64,000 nucleotides of DNA, from the NCBI RefSeq assembly GCF_964213995.1, contig NC_135803.1, forward strand, positions 66,650,001 to 66,714,000, read 5' to 3'. This DNA is from Mustelus asterias (Eukaryota). Below are positions 26,047 through 38,810 of the stretch, piece by piece. A program made the position numbers and the translations under genes. Numbering within the stretch: position 1 is the stretch's first letter; each line of letters starts with the position of its first letter. A model generated the notes under the pieces. It saw nothing but the letters and a program-made list of their open reading frames with translations, made no database searches and was not told where the DNA came from.

Positions 26047-26174
26047 ACTCACCTGATGAAGGAACAGCACTCCGAAAGCTCGTGATACCAAATAAACCTG
26101 TTGGACTTTAACCTGGTGTTGTGAGGCTTCTTACTGTGCCCACCTCAGTCCTACGCCAGCATCTCCACATCGTG
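26047..26174 (+). mobile_element. 128-bp PLE terminus with HHR and 12-bp TSD
   Basis: Direct repeat cctatatttcta at 26035-26046 and 26175-26186; ccaaataaacctgttggactttaacctggtgttgtg shared with 8061 and 59695. Confidence 0.9.
26049..26085 (+). ncRNA. Minimal type-I hammerhead ribozyme motif
   Basis: tcac-CUGAUGA-a-gga...ucc-GAAA-gc-UC-guga; stem I tcac/gtga; inner stem II mutated. Confidence 0.7.
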
Positions 26175-27224
26175 CCTATATTTCTATGGGAAAAGGGAAA
26201 GAAAAAATGAGAGGGAGTGTACTGGGAAAATGCATCCCTGGCATACAGGCAATTTGCTTTATTTCCTTGAACCATTAGTAGTGGCCTCTATAGACAGCCC
26301 ACAGAATTAGTTCCCTCCTACTCCATTGTGAATTCCAGGAGTCAAAACAGCAGCTCCTTGCTTCTACCAACATCAGGTAAAATGAGATACAAAATTGGGG
26401 AATGCTTGGAGGCCTATTATTGATAGATGGCACTAAGCTAAAGATTATTATATAAACATAAAAGCACAAAGCTGGCTATAAAATTATTTTAATGGGAAAT
26501 TGCTGAAATTCTTTAAGTTTAACTAATCTACTTTGGAAATTATGTATCAGCCATTTTCAGTTATTCAGAGTTGAGAGAATAAATGATTGCAATTTTTGGA
26601 AATTTGAATAAAATGACTTTTAATGTCAGTTAGGGAAGACAGATAATGCGGCATCTCTGTCTGTACATATTTGGTACCTTTACTGGCTGTCTGGAATATC
26701 CACTTATTTCTGAGAAAGTTTCAATAAACATGACAGGAGCAAGCAATTAGAGATAAGAGGAAAAGTACAATAAATGTCCCAAAATAAAAACAGATAATAA
26801 TAATGCTGTTTTTGTGGAATCTTGGAACAGGAGATGAATACGACACTAATCATTTTCTCCTATTACACTGACAGACTGAAAAATTTTGATGATGTCTGAC
26901 CCGCCACTTAAAGCATTGATAAATAAATCAATAGTTTAAAAGGAGTGGCTGCAGTGACAGACAAACTGAGAGAAAAACTCAAAACAGGAACATCATTGTG
27001 AGCTATGAGTGAGGTGTGACAGAGAGATCAGAGATCAGTCTTTAATTTATCATCCTTTTAGAAAATAAGTAGACTCAAGAGGCAGAACACTTAAAAAAAT
27101 TCTAAAGGATAGATTAGTCTCAGTAGACGAAAGCATCATTAAATCAATTTGTTTTAAATAAGTATAAGTAAATAATAAATAACCAGAGTAATTAATTCTC
27201 AATTAATTGGAAATCAGATCAACA

Positions 27225-27690
27225 AGTGCAGGAATATTGTCCACTTGCCTGGATGAGTGCAGTTCCAACAACACTCCAGAAGCTCAATACCACCCAGCAC
27301 CAAGTAACGCACTTGATTGGCACCCCATTCACCACCTTCAATATTCGCTTCCTCCACCACCGACGTACAGTAGCAGCTGCAAGGTGCACTGCAGTAACTC
27401 AACAAGGCTCCTTCAACAGCATCTTCCAAACCCACAACCATTATCACCTATACGGACAAGGATAGCAGATTGACGGGAACCCCACCACATGCAGGTTCCC
27501 TTCAAAACCATACATCATCCTGACTTGGAACTATATTGTCATTTCTTCACTGTCACTGGTCAAAATACTGGAACTCCCTCCGTAACAGCATTGTGGGTGT
27601 ATCTACACCACACGGAATGCAGCGGTTCACTACCAACTACTCAAGGGCAAGTAGGGATAGACATTAAATGTTGGCCTATCCACATTCAGT
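27225..27690 (+). mobile_element. CR1/L2-group LINE 3' portion
   Basis: EYCPLAWMSAVPTTLQKLNT...LHHRRTVAA; 3' end caagggcaagtagggatag...aaatgttggcc, shared with SINE family B. Confidence 0.8.
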
Positions 27691-27699
27691 AAAAGAATA

Positions 27700-28460
27700 C
27701 ATTTTTACAAAAGGTCAAATGTACTGGATTCCTGTGAGGATGAAGAAAAAGGACACAGGGAGGATGGTCAAACTGTTCACTGCCATGGAAGCAGCTCAAG
27801 GGGCCGTGGAGGAGAGCAATATAGAACGGTTGCAGTCAAAGGTGACTGATAATAAAGGGATAGATAACGTATTGTTATGAAGGGTGCTGTGCCTAGTTTG
27901 CAAAGGTAAGGGATATCTTGGAGAGGATGAGAAGGTAGGCATAAGATCCAACTGTCCTGATACGTATCTGGCCCAATGTCACAGGAGAGAAAAGGGCAGA
28001 GGCACTGACAAAGAATATCAGAAGTTACAAAATAAATTTTGAAAAGGGCCACATGGGAGAGTCAGCTTGGCATTATCGCCTAAGCCATGTATTAATTAGC
28101 ATCCAGATAAGCAGGTCAGAAAACGGATTGAAAGGTGCATGTTGGAAGGAAGGCATCAAATTCACAGGACACTGGCACGTTTAGGAGCAGGAAGAAGCAG
28201 TATTACTGAAATGAGCTCCATTTGAATTAGAGAGTGGCCCTGCATCCTAGCAGAACGGATATATAGGACTTTACACTAGAAAGGCGATGGCATGAACAGA
28301 AATCTGGTAAAAATAGCAAATGTTGGAAGTTAAAAGAAATAAGTAAGAGCAAAGATCAGATCAAGGAAAGGAAGAATGGTAAAGGAAATCATCAGGGAAT
28401 CTAGGATTGGTCAGAGTCAAGAGCCTGGGCATAAATTGCACTCAAAATTGCTCTAATTTT
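27700..28460 (+). mobile_element. Decayed CR1 ORF1 (SGNH esterase-like) region
   Basis: Frameshifted remnants resembling VVHIGTND...WCRREGFxFxGHW...GLHLN (gatccaactgtcctgatacgt...; tggaaggaaggcatcaaattcacaggacactgg; ctccatttgaat). Confidence 0.5.
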
Positions 28461-29091
28461 CCAAAGTGAATATCTGTGCTTTCCCCTAAACACAGATGTC
28501 ATCACAAATGTAAATTTTTCATGAACTAATATAATTGGGCAACATTTTAGAAATAGATTATTTATTTATTTTCACTTACCTTAAAAGTCGTTCCTTGATA
28601 TATTTAAGACTGGTATCCTGGGACTTTATGAATACAGCTGAAGTTAAGTTTCTCACAAAAGCTAAGCATTTTTAAAATGTGTCTAATCCATCACCAACTT
28701 TAGGAAACAAAAAATGAGTTTGAAAAATTATGCAGAACAATTTACTGACTTAATTAGTGTATACTACTCAGTTTATTAGTAAATTATTGTATTTGATATT
28801 CAAAGATTTTTAAATGTGCCTATTAGTGCCTTGATGCCACTCAAGAAGTTTTCAAAGGGCCGAATGCATATTCATTTGAGATGGGAGCATTGCCAGTTTT
28901 GTGGGCAAGGCCAGCTTCTAGCAGAGAGTATATTATTATATTGTTCAAAAAGGCTTAGGACCTATATTGTTATGTGCATGGATACATAAATATCAAAGAT
29001 GCCTCCTCACTCACTGTTGTACTACCATCTGTGTACTGATATAACAATGTCTCATTCCACAGCACATAGTGGGATCTGAAGATTACATTTA

Positions 29092-29218
29092 GGGTGGGGT
29101 TTTATGGCCTTGCTCATCCTGAAATCGTAAAATTCCACCCGAGTTCAACAGACCTCCCCATAGTTCGTCCCTCACCCAGTCTGATTCCCGTGGTGGGTGG
29201 GGCGGTAAAATCCTGGCC
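29092..29218. mobile_element. MITE, PIF/Harbinger-like
   Basis: TIRs gggtggggttttat / gtaaaatcctggcc, TTA on both sides; inverted homolog of 39324-39440. Confidence 0.8.
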
Positions 29219-30076
29219 TTAGTGCCAGCTCCAATATCTGTGTAAAACAGTGCAACTATTTCAAACTTCCAGGCACCACCAGAGACAACATGGTGGCAGC
29301 AGGTGTCTGTGAGTACAACCCAAACATTTAAAAATGATTTAATGTTGAATTAGACTGAAAAAAAGAAAAAAAAAACTGAGTGAAAGATGCAAAACGAAAT
29401 GACTGCTGTTACAGTAAGAAACACAGAGCACAAGCTCAGGATGAACTGGGTTGCTGACTATGCCCTAAAGGTCTGTGAGCATGTTAACAATTTCTTAATG
29501 AGACTGAGAAATGTAGTCAGTAAGTGTAAATCCAAGGAATGGATGAAAGGCTGGTAAATCAGCTCAGTTGGGATTCTGCACACCCGAATGTACAAAAAGC
29601 TCCTGACCGGACAGGATAACCCTGGCTGAAAGATCTGCCATCGGTTCAAAGTTTATAAAAACTCACAAGCAGTCAGTACCGATCTGATATCAAACGGTGT
29701 CATTTGGAATCGGTATTGATCGCAGACCATTGAGGCAGTCAGACCTTTGATTGCGGATTGTTGAAGCACTCGTAGCATGCTTGCGAATGTGATCATTCAT
29801 GTTCGAAAGTGATTAGACATCAAAGTGACTCAGAAGGATATCAGTGCAGCTTCCTGCCGCTTATGATGGGAAACATTAAACAAATCTCACTGCTAATTTT
29901 CAAAACTTTTCCCAAGAACTTCCCTCACCCATTCCATTTCAGCTGTCATTTTACCCTTCCTTCTGATCATTCTCTACTCACACAGGCTGCCAGGGCATAT
30001 GAAGAGTAGACAGGTGAAGACACTGATTGTCAAAATAGCTAGCCTTTAGTTAAATCAAAGGAAAGGCAACAAGGTT

Positions 30077-30223
30077 GGATGGACCATCTGAAGACCAGAG
30101 AAGTGTAGAAATTGGAGATAAATCTGATTAAATTTTCAAATTTCGGGCAAGAGAATGAAATGGTACTGACATTGTCATCAGTGTACTGGAAAAATAGGTA
30201 AGGCAGTAGTATCTGAACAAAGA
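30077..30223 (-). repeat. Inverted copy of PLE RT segment 32237-32383
   Basis: 147 bp, colinear; LLPYLFFQYTDDNVSTISFSCPKFENLI vs LLPYLFFQHTDDFVSAISFSCLKFENLI. Confidence 0.9.
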
Positions 30224-30485
30224 TAATCTGACAGCATCTGTGGAGAGAGAACAGAACTAACAGTTGAGTCTGGATCACCCTTCATCAGAACCTCACTGTC
30301 TTTCTCCTTTCACTAGTGGAGTTGTGTTTGCTCGCTTCCAATCCTTGAGCTCTGACAAAGGATCATGCAGAATCAAAACGTGAGCTCTCTTCTCTCTCCA
30401 CAGATGCTGTCAGACTGCTGAGATTTTCCAGCATTTTCTGCTCCTGTTTTTGTTTCAGATTCCAGCATCCACAGTAATTTGCTAT
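30224..30485. mobile_element. Inverted pair of PLE-type termini (second family) with decayed HHR motifs
   Basis: ctgacagcatctgtggagagaga (30228) mirrors tctctctccacagatgctgtcag (30391); gagct-CTGACAA...AAAAcg-tg-agctc at 30347-30387. Confidence 0.7.
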
Positions 30486-30683
30486 CACCTTGGGAACTGT
30501 TCTAGAAGCCAAGGAATTCTAGAAGATCAAAACCAATACACCCACCATTTCTGCACTTATCTCTTAAAACCCTAGTATATATGTCATCAGGCCCTGGATA
30601 CTTGAGGCTACTTAATCCTACTCATTTACTGAGACGCACTCTATTCCTCTTTGTAGTCAATTTAACCTGTTGAAGCTGATTTA

Positions 30684-30782
30684 TGATGTGGAAATGCCAG
30701 CGTTGGACTGGGGTAAACACAGTAAGGAGTCTAACAACACCAGGTTAAAGTCCAACAGGTTTATTTGGTAGCAAACGCCACT
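30684..30782 (-). mobile_element. 99-bp PLE terminus with 10-bp TSD
   Basis: Direct repeat agctgattta at 30674-30683 and 30783-30792; same terminus as 8061-8150. Confidence 0.9.
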
Positions 30783-31769
30783 AGCTGATTTACACAGAGG
30801 TTCAGCTAAACTTGAAGTGCAAATGCACTTTTTTGTATTCCTGCAAAGGAATGAAGGTATAAACCATCAACACAGGAAGTCTGTTAATGACATAATTTGC
30901 TGATAATTACCAATTGCAGTCTTCCCATCAGTTTAAAGTAAAAAATGCCACATTGATCTCAGAAAACAGGCAACCAGCAAGCAGATAAAGTACTCTCATC
31001 ATGTAGAAGGATGAATGCAATTAAACTGAATTAATTGACTTAATGGAATGTTTTGTGGCTTTTTTCTAAATGGTATTTTAATATTAACAAGTAGATTTGA
31101 ATTAGCAGACCCCCTTCTCCTGTCAATGTCAACTGTAGCTTAGTTGGCAGCATTCTCACCTCTAAGTCAGAAGGTTGTGGGTTGCAGGACTTGAGCATAA
31201 AATCTGCATTCCACTTGGACCCCTCCCTCTGGTCTTTTATCCTCTCTACATCTTTTCATTGGAACTGCTGGCCTGACATTAGCCATCCCAATTTTTCTAC
31301 ACGGCTCATTTACGCTAACCTACCTTCCCTTGAATATTCTCCCTAGCAAGGGAGAATCAATGATCAGGAAGGTTGATTTCCCAGGTTGAGATCAAGGCTC
31401 AGATCAAGCCCAAGACAAGGTGCAATGTCTTTCCTTGTCAGCTTGGATTTTGCATGTCTCTTTTGTGGTTGATCATGAATTGGATTCAATTTGAATTGAT
31501 TTTTGGAGCAAGCAAGGAGATGGATTCAGGTCTGCCTGCTCCTCTCTGTGCACTGGCTTTGTAACTTTAAGAAAGGAGTAAAAGATTTTTTAAAATAATG
31601 TTGCTAAACCCACTGACAATGGTAGCACAGTTGTTGTTTGGCAAGTTGGTCTCTATCTTGGGGAGATTGAACGTCAACCTCCAATATCTCCTCCTAGCTC
31701 CATAATTTCTCAGGCTGCCAATGTGGGGATTCCCAGACTGGAGACTCCCAATCTCCAACCTCATAGTAT

Positions 31770-33390
31770 CCCCGACTCCTCACAGATCACCTCTACCTCC
31801 ATCCTAAGATCCACAAACAGAACACTCTGGTAGGTGCCTTGTTTCAGCCTCTCACTCTCCAAGGAATGGAAATCTTTCTACCTTGGCTATTATTCTTTCT
31901 CTTGTCCAAACTCTTTCCACTGACATCCATGATTCTACCTATAACTCCGCCACTTTTCAGTTTCCTGATTCTAACCAACCATTTTTAACCATGTACATCC
32001 AATCTCTCCAAGTCTCCATCCCCACTTCAACAGCCTGAGGGCCTTCACTTCATCCTTGAATGGAGTATCAGCCAGTTCCCATCCATCATCATGATCATCC
32101 ACCTGGCCTGGTTGAACTTGTTGTCACTTTGAACACCTTCTCCTTTGACTCCACTCACTTTCTCCAAACAGGTGTTGCTGTGGGAATCCATATGTGTCCT
32201 GCTTATTCCGATCCTTTCATAGGATACATGAAACACTCTTTGTTCTGATACTACTGCCTTACCTATTTTTCCAGCACACTGATGACTTTGTCAGTGCCAT
32301 TTCATTCTCTTGCCTCAAATTTGAAAATTTAATCAGCTTTATCCCCAATTTCTATACCTCTCTGGTCTTCAGATGGTCCATCCTAGATTCTTCCTTTCCC
32401 CAACTTTTCCATCTCCCTTTCCAGGGATAAGCTGTCAACTAATATCTACTATAAGGTTACAATTTCCCAGCTACCTTGGTTACACTACTTCTATTCCATT
32501 TCCCTCAGGGTCTCGGTGTCACAGTCTCTTATGTTCTGCTGCCACCACATATGTAGAGAGTCATGATGTAGCCTTCAAGGAATCTGTCACTATGCTATCT
32601 ATGCTAAGCAAGGTATTGAGAACTATGAGGGTTCTCATGAAGTTTATTACTAGCAACAATGATATACACAGCTCTGCACAGGCTGGCCTAATGGTAGCAC
32701 AGTGGTCAGCACTATTGCCTCACAGTTCCAGGAACCTGGGTTTGATTTCTGGCTTGGGTCACTGTCTGTGTGGAGTCTGCACGTTCTCCCTGTGTCTGTA
32801 TGGGTTTCCTCCAGTTTCCTCCCACAATCCAAAGATGTGCTAGCTAGGTGCATTGGCCATGCTAAATTTTTCTTCAGTGTACTTGAATAGGTGCCGGAGT
32901 GTGGCGACTGGAGGATTTTAACAGTAACTTCATTGCAGTGTTAATGTATGCCTACTTGTAACACTAATAAATAAACTTTACATAGGTTGGTTACTTGACT
33001 ATATGCCTGACTCATAAGGTATACCTGGAGCCTTACTGATACAGAGTCACACACACTAGTAAACATCAGCAGTAGGAATCACAGCCAATAGTGAACATCT
33101 AACATGGAGGCTGTATCTTTTTTCCTCCAGCCTGATATATGGTGATGTTATTGTAATGTCAATATTCAGCTTCTTATAGGTATTGGTCTGATGATGCCAT
33201 CTTTCAGACCAACACTCCTGATGTGTCTTTTTTCATCAACCAAGAATTCTCTCCACTGGATTTGCCAGGGTGCTTGCCTGTGTACATCCGTATTTCCTGC
33301 ATTTCTGCTTTCAGCCCTCTCACTTCTCAGGATTCTCCTTGTCCTCACCCACCCCACCAGCCTCCACATTCAATGAACCAGTTGGTCCAT
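31770..33390 (+). pseudogene. Decayed Penelope-like reverse transcriptase, interrupted by a SINE and other DNA
   Basis: Remnants LYLHPKIHK, FLTMYIQSL, LVELVVTLNTFSFDSTHFLQ, GVAVGIHMCPAY, HTDD (from YIDD), LVLTHPTSLHIQ. Confidence 0.8.
32686..32980 (+). mobile_element. V-SINE, alternative tail
   Basis: HE1 head, V-domain, acagtaacttcattgcagtgttaatg tail. Confidence 0.92.
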
Positions 33391-33713
33391 TTGAACAAAC
33401 AACTTCCCGCCTCTGATGGACAATTTGGATTCTCTCTTTCAGTTTATTGACCTCATAAAGGGCCTGTGATAGCAATTTAAGTAAAGCGCTAATAAATTCC
33501 CCTCTCCTCTTTTCTCCATTTCCCTCTATTTGGCAACAACCTGGGGCTAAACCAGGTTACTTGCAACCTTGGTTTTGAATTTAAGCCCAAGATCCGTTTC
33601 CAGCCATGTGGAGTTGATGGGCTGAATGGTCTCCTTCGTGCCATACTTCACGTTCACTTTGTCATCTAGGCTGCCCGCTTCTAGCTCCAAGGCTGCTTGG
33701 CTCTACCTGAGCT

Positions 33714-34060
33714 TTGATTTGATTTATTATTGTCACAGTATACAGTGAAAAGTATTGTTTCTTGCGCACTATTCAGACAAAGCATACCGTTCATAGAAAA
33801 GGAAAGGAGAGCGTGCAGAATGCAGTGTTACGTTCATAGCTAAGGTGCAGAGAAAGATCAATTTAATGCAAGGTAGGTCCATTCAAAAGTCTGATGGCAA
33901 CAGGGAAGAAGCTGTTCTTGAGTTGGTTGGTATGCGACCTCAGACTTTTGTATCATTTTTCCGATGGAAGAAGGTGGAAGAGAGTATGTACAGGGTGCAT
34001 GGGTCCTTGATTATGCTGGCTGATTTTCCGAGGCAGTGGGAAGTGTAGACAGAGTCAATG
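33714..34060 (-). mobile_element. Rex1/Babar LINE 3' end
   Basis: Reverse complement of 16071-16438. Confidence 0.88.
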
Positions 34061-34450
34061 GATGTTGACACTAAAACCCTCATCCATGCCTTTGGTAATT
34101 TTGTACTTCACTATTCCAACACATTCCTAACTGGCCTCCCATCATCCCCTCCATTAACTTCAATCTATCCAAAATGCTGCCGCCCTGTCCTAACCCGAAC
34201 CAAATCTCATTCTGCCATCAGCCTGTCAAGGTCTAAACTCAGCAATTCCCTCCCAGCCTCTCCATTTATACCCCTCTCTTGACTCTTTTAAGGCACTTCT
34301 TAAAACTTACCTCTTTGACCAAGCATCTGATCATCTGCCCCAATATCTTGATATGATTCGGTGTGAAATTTTGTTTGATTACTCTCCAGTGAAACAGCTT
34401 TGGATGTTTGACTCTCACTAGATAAATGTAAGCTATTACTGTTGTTCATG
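34061..34450 (+). mobile_element. L2 LINE 3' remnant
   Basis: DTKTLIHAFGNFVLHYSNTFLTGLP resembles L2 ETLIHAFVTSRLDYSNxLLxGLP; cttaaaacttacctctttgaccaagc. Confidence 0.75.
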
Positions 34451-34819
34451 TCACATACTTTGTTCTGATACACATGTGAAATCTGCCAGCATGTATAAAT
34501 ACAAATTTCCACCTTTACAAAAAGCTAAGAGTGGTCTTGATTCATGGTTTGAAGTGTCAAATACAAACTGAGTCATCATTTTACTGTTGTGGCTTACAGT
34601 TACTTGAAATGAAGTGATTATTGCAGGCAGAAGTGTGTACAAAATTCTCAGTTACCCTGTGATCTCTGAAAATGTGGCCTCCAGCTGAGCTATTAATTCT
34701 CGTTCTGTGACTTCAATCCAGGTAATAGTAGCATTTCACATAGAAGGCCTCAGTATCATTGGGTTACTGAGGGAGAAGAAACAATCTACCAGGGTTCCCG
34801 TTTCTGCTGGAAACTATGG

Positions 34820-36490
34820 TGTCAATGTCTGATGAGGATTGTTGGAATAGGAGTGGGTCATTCAGGATCTCGAATCTGTTTTACCATTCAGTTAGACCAT
34901 GGCTGATTTATATGTCAACTCCATTTAACTGCCTTGATTCAGTAACCTTAAATACCCTTGCTTCACAAGTATCGAACTCTGTTTTGAAATGGTCGGTTCA
35001 CCAAGCCTCAACGTGCTTTTTGGGGGGAGAAGTATTGAGATTTACACTATTTGTCTTTGTACGAAGCATTTTCTGGCAATTCACCTGAATGACACCATTC
35101 TATTTTAAAGGCTTTACCTCCTTGTTCGGGAGCTATCCCCCACTAATCCCTCCCTATCACACCACGTCCAAAACCCCCCACCAGCATACCAACAGAAAAA
35201 AAACTTTTTTCTATCTTGTCTATTAAACACCTCAATTAAATCATCATTTAATCTCCAATATTCTATGAAATATGTATCTAGACTGACCACAGTACTCTAA
35301 ATGGGGTCGAACCAGACCTCTATTCAGCTGTAGCATGATTTCCACACTTTTTATTCTTGTCCTCTTTAGATAAAGGCTGATATTCCATTAACTGTTTCAA
35401 TTTAAGGAAAGTGAGAGCAAGGAAATCATGGAATTATAGACCTGTTAGTCGAACATCTGTTGTGGGAAAGTTACTGGTATCTGTAATTAAGGGCACAGTG
35501 ATTAGAGTGAACCAACATGGATTTGTAATGGCAAGATCATATCCAGCAAACCTAATTGAATTTTTTGAGGAAATAACTAAAGTAGCTAAGCAGAGGAACG
35601 TGTACTCCAGTGGCTTACAGGAACTTCCAGAAGATATTCTATAAATTTACACCCAGGAGACTATTATCTCAAATTAAATCTCATCAAATTAAATTACTTA
35701 CCTGGTTAGGTAGAAGAGGAGTAGGGACTATGTATTGAATTTAAAGGAAGTGAGGCTCACAAGGACCTGTGCAACAGCCTCAACTATTTATTTCATTTGT
35801 TAATGGCTCAGATAACCCATCAGGAAGTCACTTATTCACATTTGCTAATGAAGATTGGCATTGAGGACAAAAGCATCAAATTACAAAGAGATGCTGGTAA
35901 ATTAAGTGCTTGGACAAAACTGTTGGCCGTAAGATTATAAACCCGATGTACACAGAGCAGTAAAATGTAATAGTCAGCTGCAAAAAAGTGATTGAAAAGG
36001 ATAATAGAATATTAAGGCTGCATCTTACATGTCCCTACCAACCATGTTTCCAGTGTGGGGGTGGTCAGGAAAGTCAATAGGGCACGTGTCCACACCATCT
36101 TACATAGGAACATAGGAATTAGGAACAGAAGTAGGCAAATTCAGCCCTTCAAGCTTGTTCTGCCATTCAATCAGATCATGGCTGATCTCTGCCTGGTCTC
36201 AATCCAACTCCCCACCTGTTCCCCATATCGCCTTCTTTTAAAATCAAAAATGTATCTATCTCCTTCTTGAAACCATTCAACAATTCAGACTCCACCACAC
36301 TATGGGGCAGAAAGTTCCACAAATTCACCACCCTCTGTGAGAAGTAGTTGCTCCTCATCTCAGTTTTAAATCTACTGCCTCTCAACCTATACTTGTGACC
36401 TCTTGTTCGAGATTTCCCCATAAAAGGAAACATTCAGTTTACATTTACTTTATCAATCCCTTTTAAAATTTTATATCCCTCAATCAGATC
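34820..36490. mobile_element. Cluster of CR1 fragments (34820-35400 -, 35410-35940 +, 36105-36490 -)
   Basis: NYRPVSRTSVVGKLL, NQHGFV, NLIEFFEEIT (+); RTRGHKYRLRGSRFKTEMRSNYFSQRVVNLWN (-). Confidence 0.85.
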
Positions 36491-37489
36491 TTCTGCAGAT
36501 CCTCAAGCTCACCCCCATAAAATAGGGATATGGGCTGGTGCAAAAATCAGCAGCCCGTACGCCATATTGAAATAGATAATCAAAAGTCAATTAAGCTTAT
36601 AGCCGAGCCTGGTAATAGTCTGCCAGCTGCATAAAATGTCAGCAGTTGCACAGGAATGCCCAATTTTTAAAATAATCCCCTCAAAGAGTGGGAAGGAACG
36701 TGGGATGGGGTTTCACATTTCAGGGACTGCCCTTTCATGATTGTGGGGTGGCTTCCCCTAAAACAAAGCTTCCCCTTTCTTCCTACCTGCCGATAGCCTT
36801 AAACTGATCCCTGCCACCTAACTGCCTCTGTAATAAATTGAGGGTGACTTGATGTGGCTCAAAGTATAAAGGTAAAGGTTTTATTGCCAATGATAAATGG
36901 TTACTTGCAAACAGGGGTCTGACAGAACTAACCATGCAACTTCTTCACTCCTCCCTGACTCCAACTGAGGATCCTCCCCGACCTAGGATACACGCCCTTG
37001 CACCCAAGTGGCTTCTCACCTTGAGACTCCATAGGGTCCGGCCCAATCACGAGGCCCTTAGGGATTGCCTCCTTAAAGGGTCCACGCTGCCAGAGCCCTG
37101 TTCCCAGCCCCCCTCCCTGACCTGCGCAAACCTTCCCTGCCAAAGACACCGGACTCATCTGGCTCCAGGACCTATTGGGCCTTCTTCCCCCTCCTCTTGC
37201 AGTCCTGGCAACACCCACTAATGAGCTTTTGGTGTTGCCGGGATTGCATCCAATCAGATTGGCCGGCAGCTCCTGAGGGCAGGACTTCCTCCCTAGTGAG
37301 GGATGGAAATCTCACTCAGCCCTTGTTTAGCCCAACTGTAGCACATTGTGGCTGTAGCCCTTGTAGAGCAGGTTGTCTCCATAGCAACTTTGCTTCCATG
37401 GTGGTGTGCATCTGCCCCCTGCACCCCCTCCCCATACCCCATCCTACCCTGTAATATTCAGCCCTTAGTCTTTCCAACTAGACTCCTAA

Positions 37490-38780
37490 GGGGAGTGTTG
37501 CTACAGCTGTTCAATCCACATCTGGAGTACTGTGTTCCTTCTGGTCAGCAAACCTTGCAAATGATACATTGACCGAGGAAGGAGAAAGAATTCTGCAGGT
37601 TCACCAGAAGATAGGTAATGTGTCAAAGGATAGGTGATGAGGAACAAGTATATGGACGAGGCCTGAATTTCCTGGAATATGGAAAGGTGGGTGGTCATTG
37701 GATTGAGGTTATTAGGTTTTTGAAAGCAATTGCTAGGAAGGATAGTGTGATATATTCTCCACTGGTGGTGGGAGTCTAGGAGAAGGGGACATAACCTTAA
37801 AGCCTAGAGCCACGCTGTCCGAGAGAAAAGTTAAGAAACACTTCTTCATTAAATATGTGGAGAAGTATGGAAACCTCTCCCACAAAAATCAAAAGATGGA
37901 AGCTCAATTATTACTTTTGAATCCAAGAGCAAAAGAGTTTTGTTAGACAAGGGTATAAAAGGATCTGAAGCCATGGTAGCTGAATGGAGTTATGATACAG
38001 ATTAATCATAAGTTAATTGAATGGTAGAACAGGCCCAAGAGACTGAATAGCCTACTCTCATTTCTATGTTCATATGTTCTGATATACTTCTTGTACCAGT
38101 CCAATAGCTGTTCGAGAATTATGTACTTAGACACTTAAACGTCTCTGTTAATCCACAGTTCCTAGCTTCTCTCTATTTAAAAAATACATTGATCTATCTT
38201 AGGTCCATAGTGGATGACCTCATACTTTCCCACATTGACCTCAATTAACCACAGTTTTATCTACACACAATGTCCCTTTGCAACGTTTTGCTCCCATCTA
38301 CAATATTTACCATGCAACTAATTCAATGCCATTGGCAAACAGACGTAGAAGGCTTTCTATTTCTTTATTCTAGTCAATTATAAATATAATAGTCTGAGAC
38401 TCCAGTACAGATGCATCGACGACACCACTGAACATATCCTGACAATTCAAACACACACTTTACTGTGTGTCCTAGTTTTTAACCAATTGGTTGTCAATTC
38501 CATGCACTCTCACTCTATTAACGAGCTCTTATATGGAGCTTTATCACATGCCTTCTGCAAGCTCATATAAATAACATTCATAGACACTTCCTCATCTACC
38601 ACATTTATCATCTCCTCCAAAAAAATTCAACTCGCTTTGTTCGACATAACTTACCCTTAAATCCATGCTGCTTTCCTCTCATCAGCTTGCATTTATCCAA
38701 ATGTACAGTCACTCTATCCCTCACAACAGATTCTAGTAAATTCCCGACAACTGACAATAGACTGCCAAGCCTAGAATTCA
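37490..38780. mobile_element. Decayed CR1 fragments (37490-38075 +, ~38100-38780 -)
   Basis: PHLEYCV, RRRGHNLK, tatgttc tail on +; RT remnants on -. Confidence 0.7.
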
Positions 38781-38810
38781 TACTTTACAACAACTCTATT
38801 ATTTAAGAAG

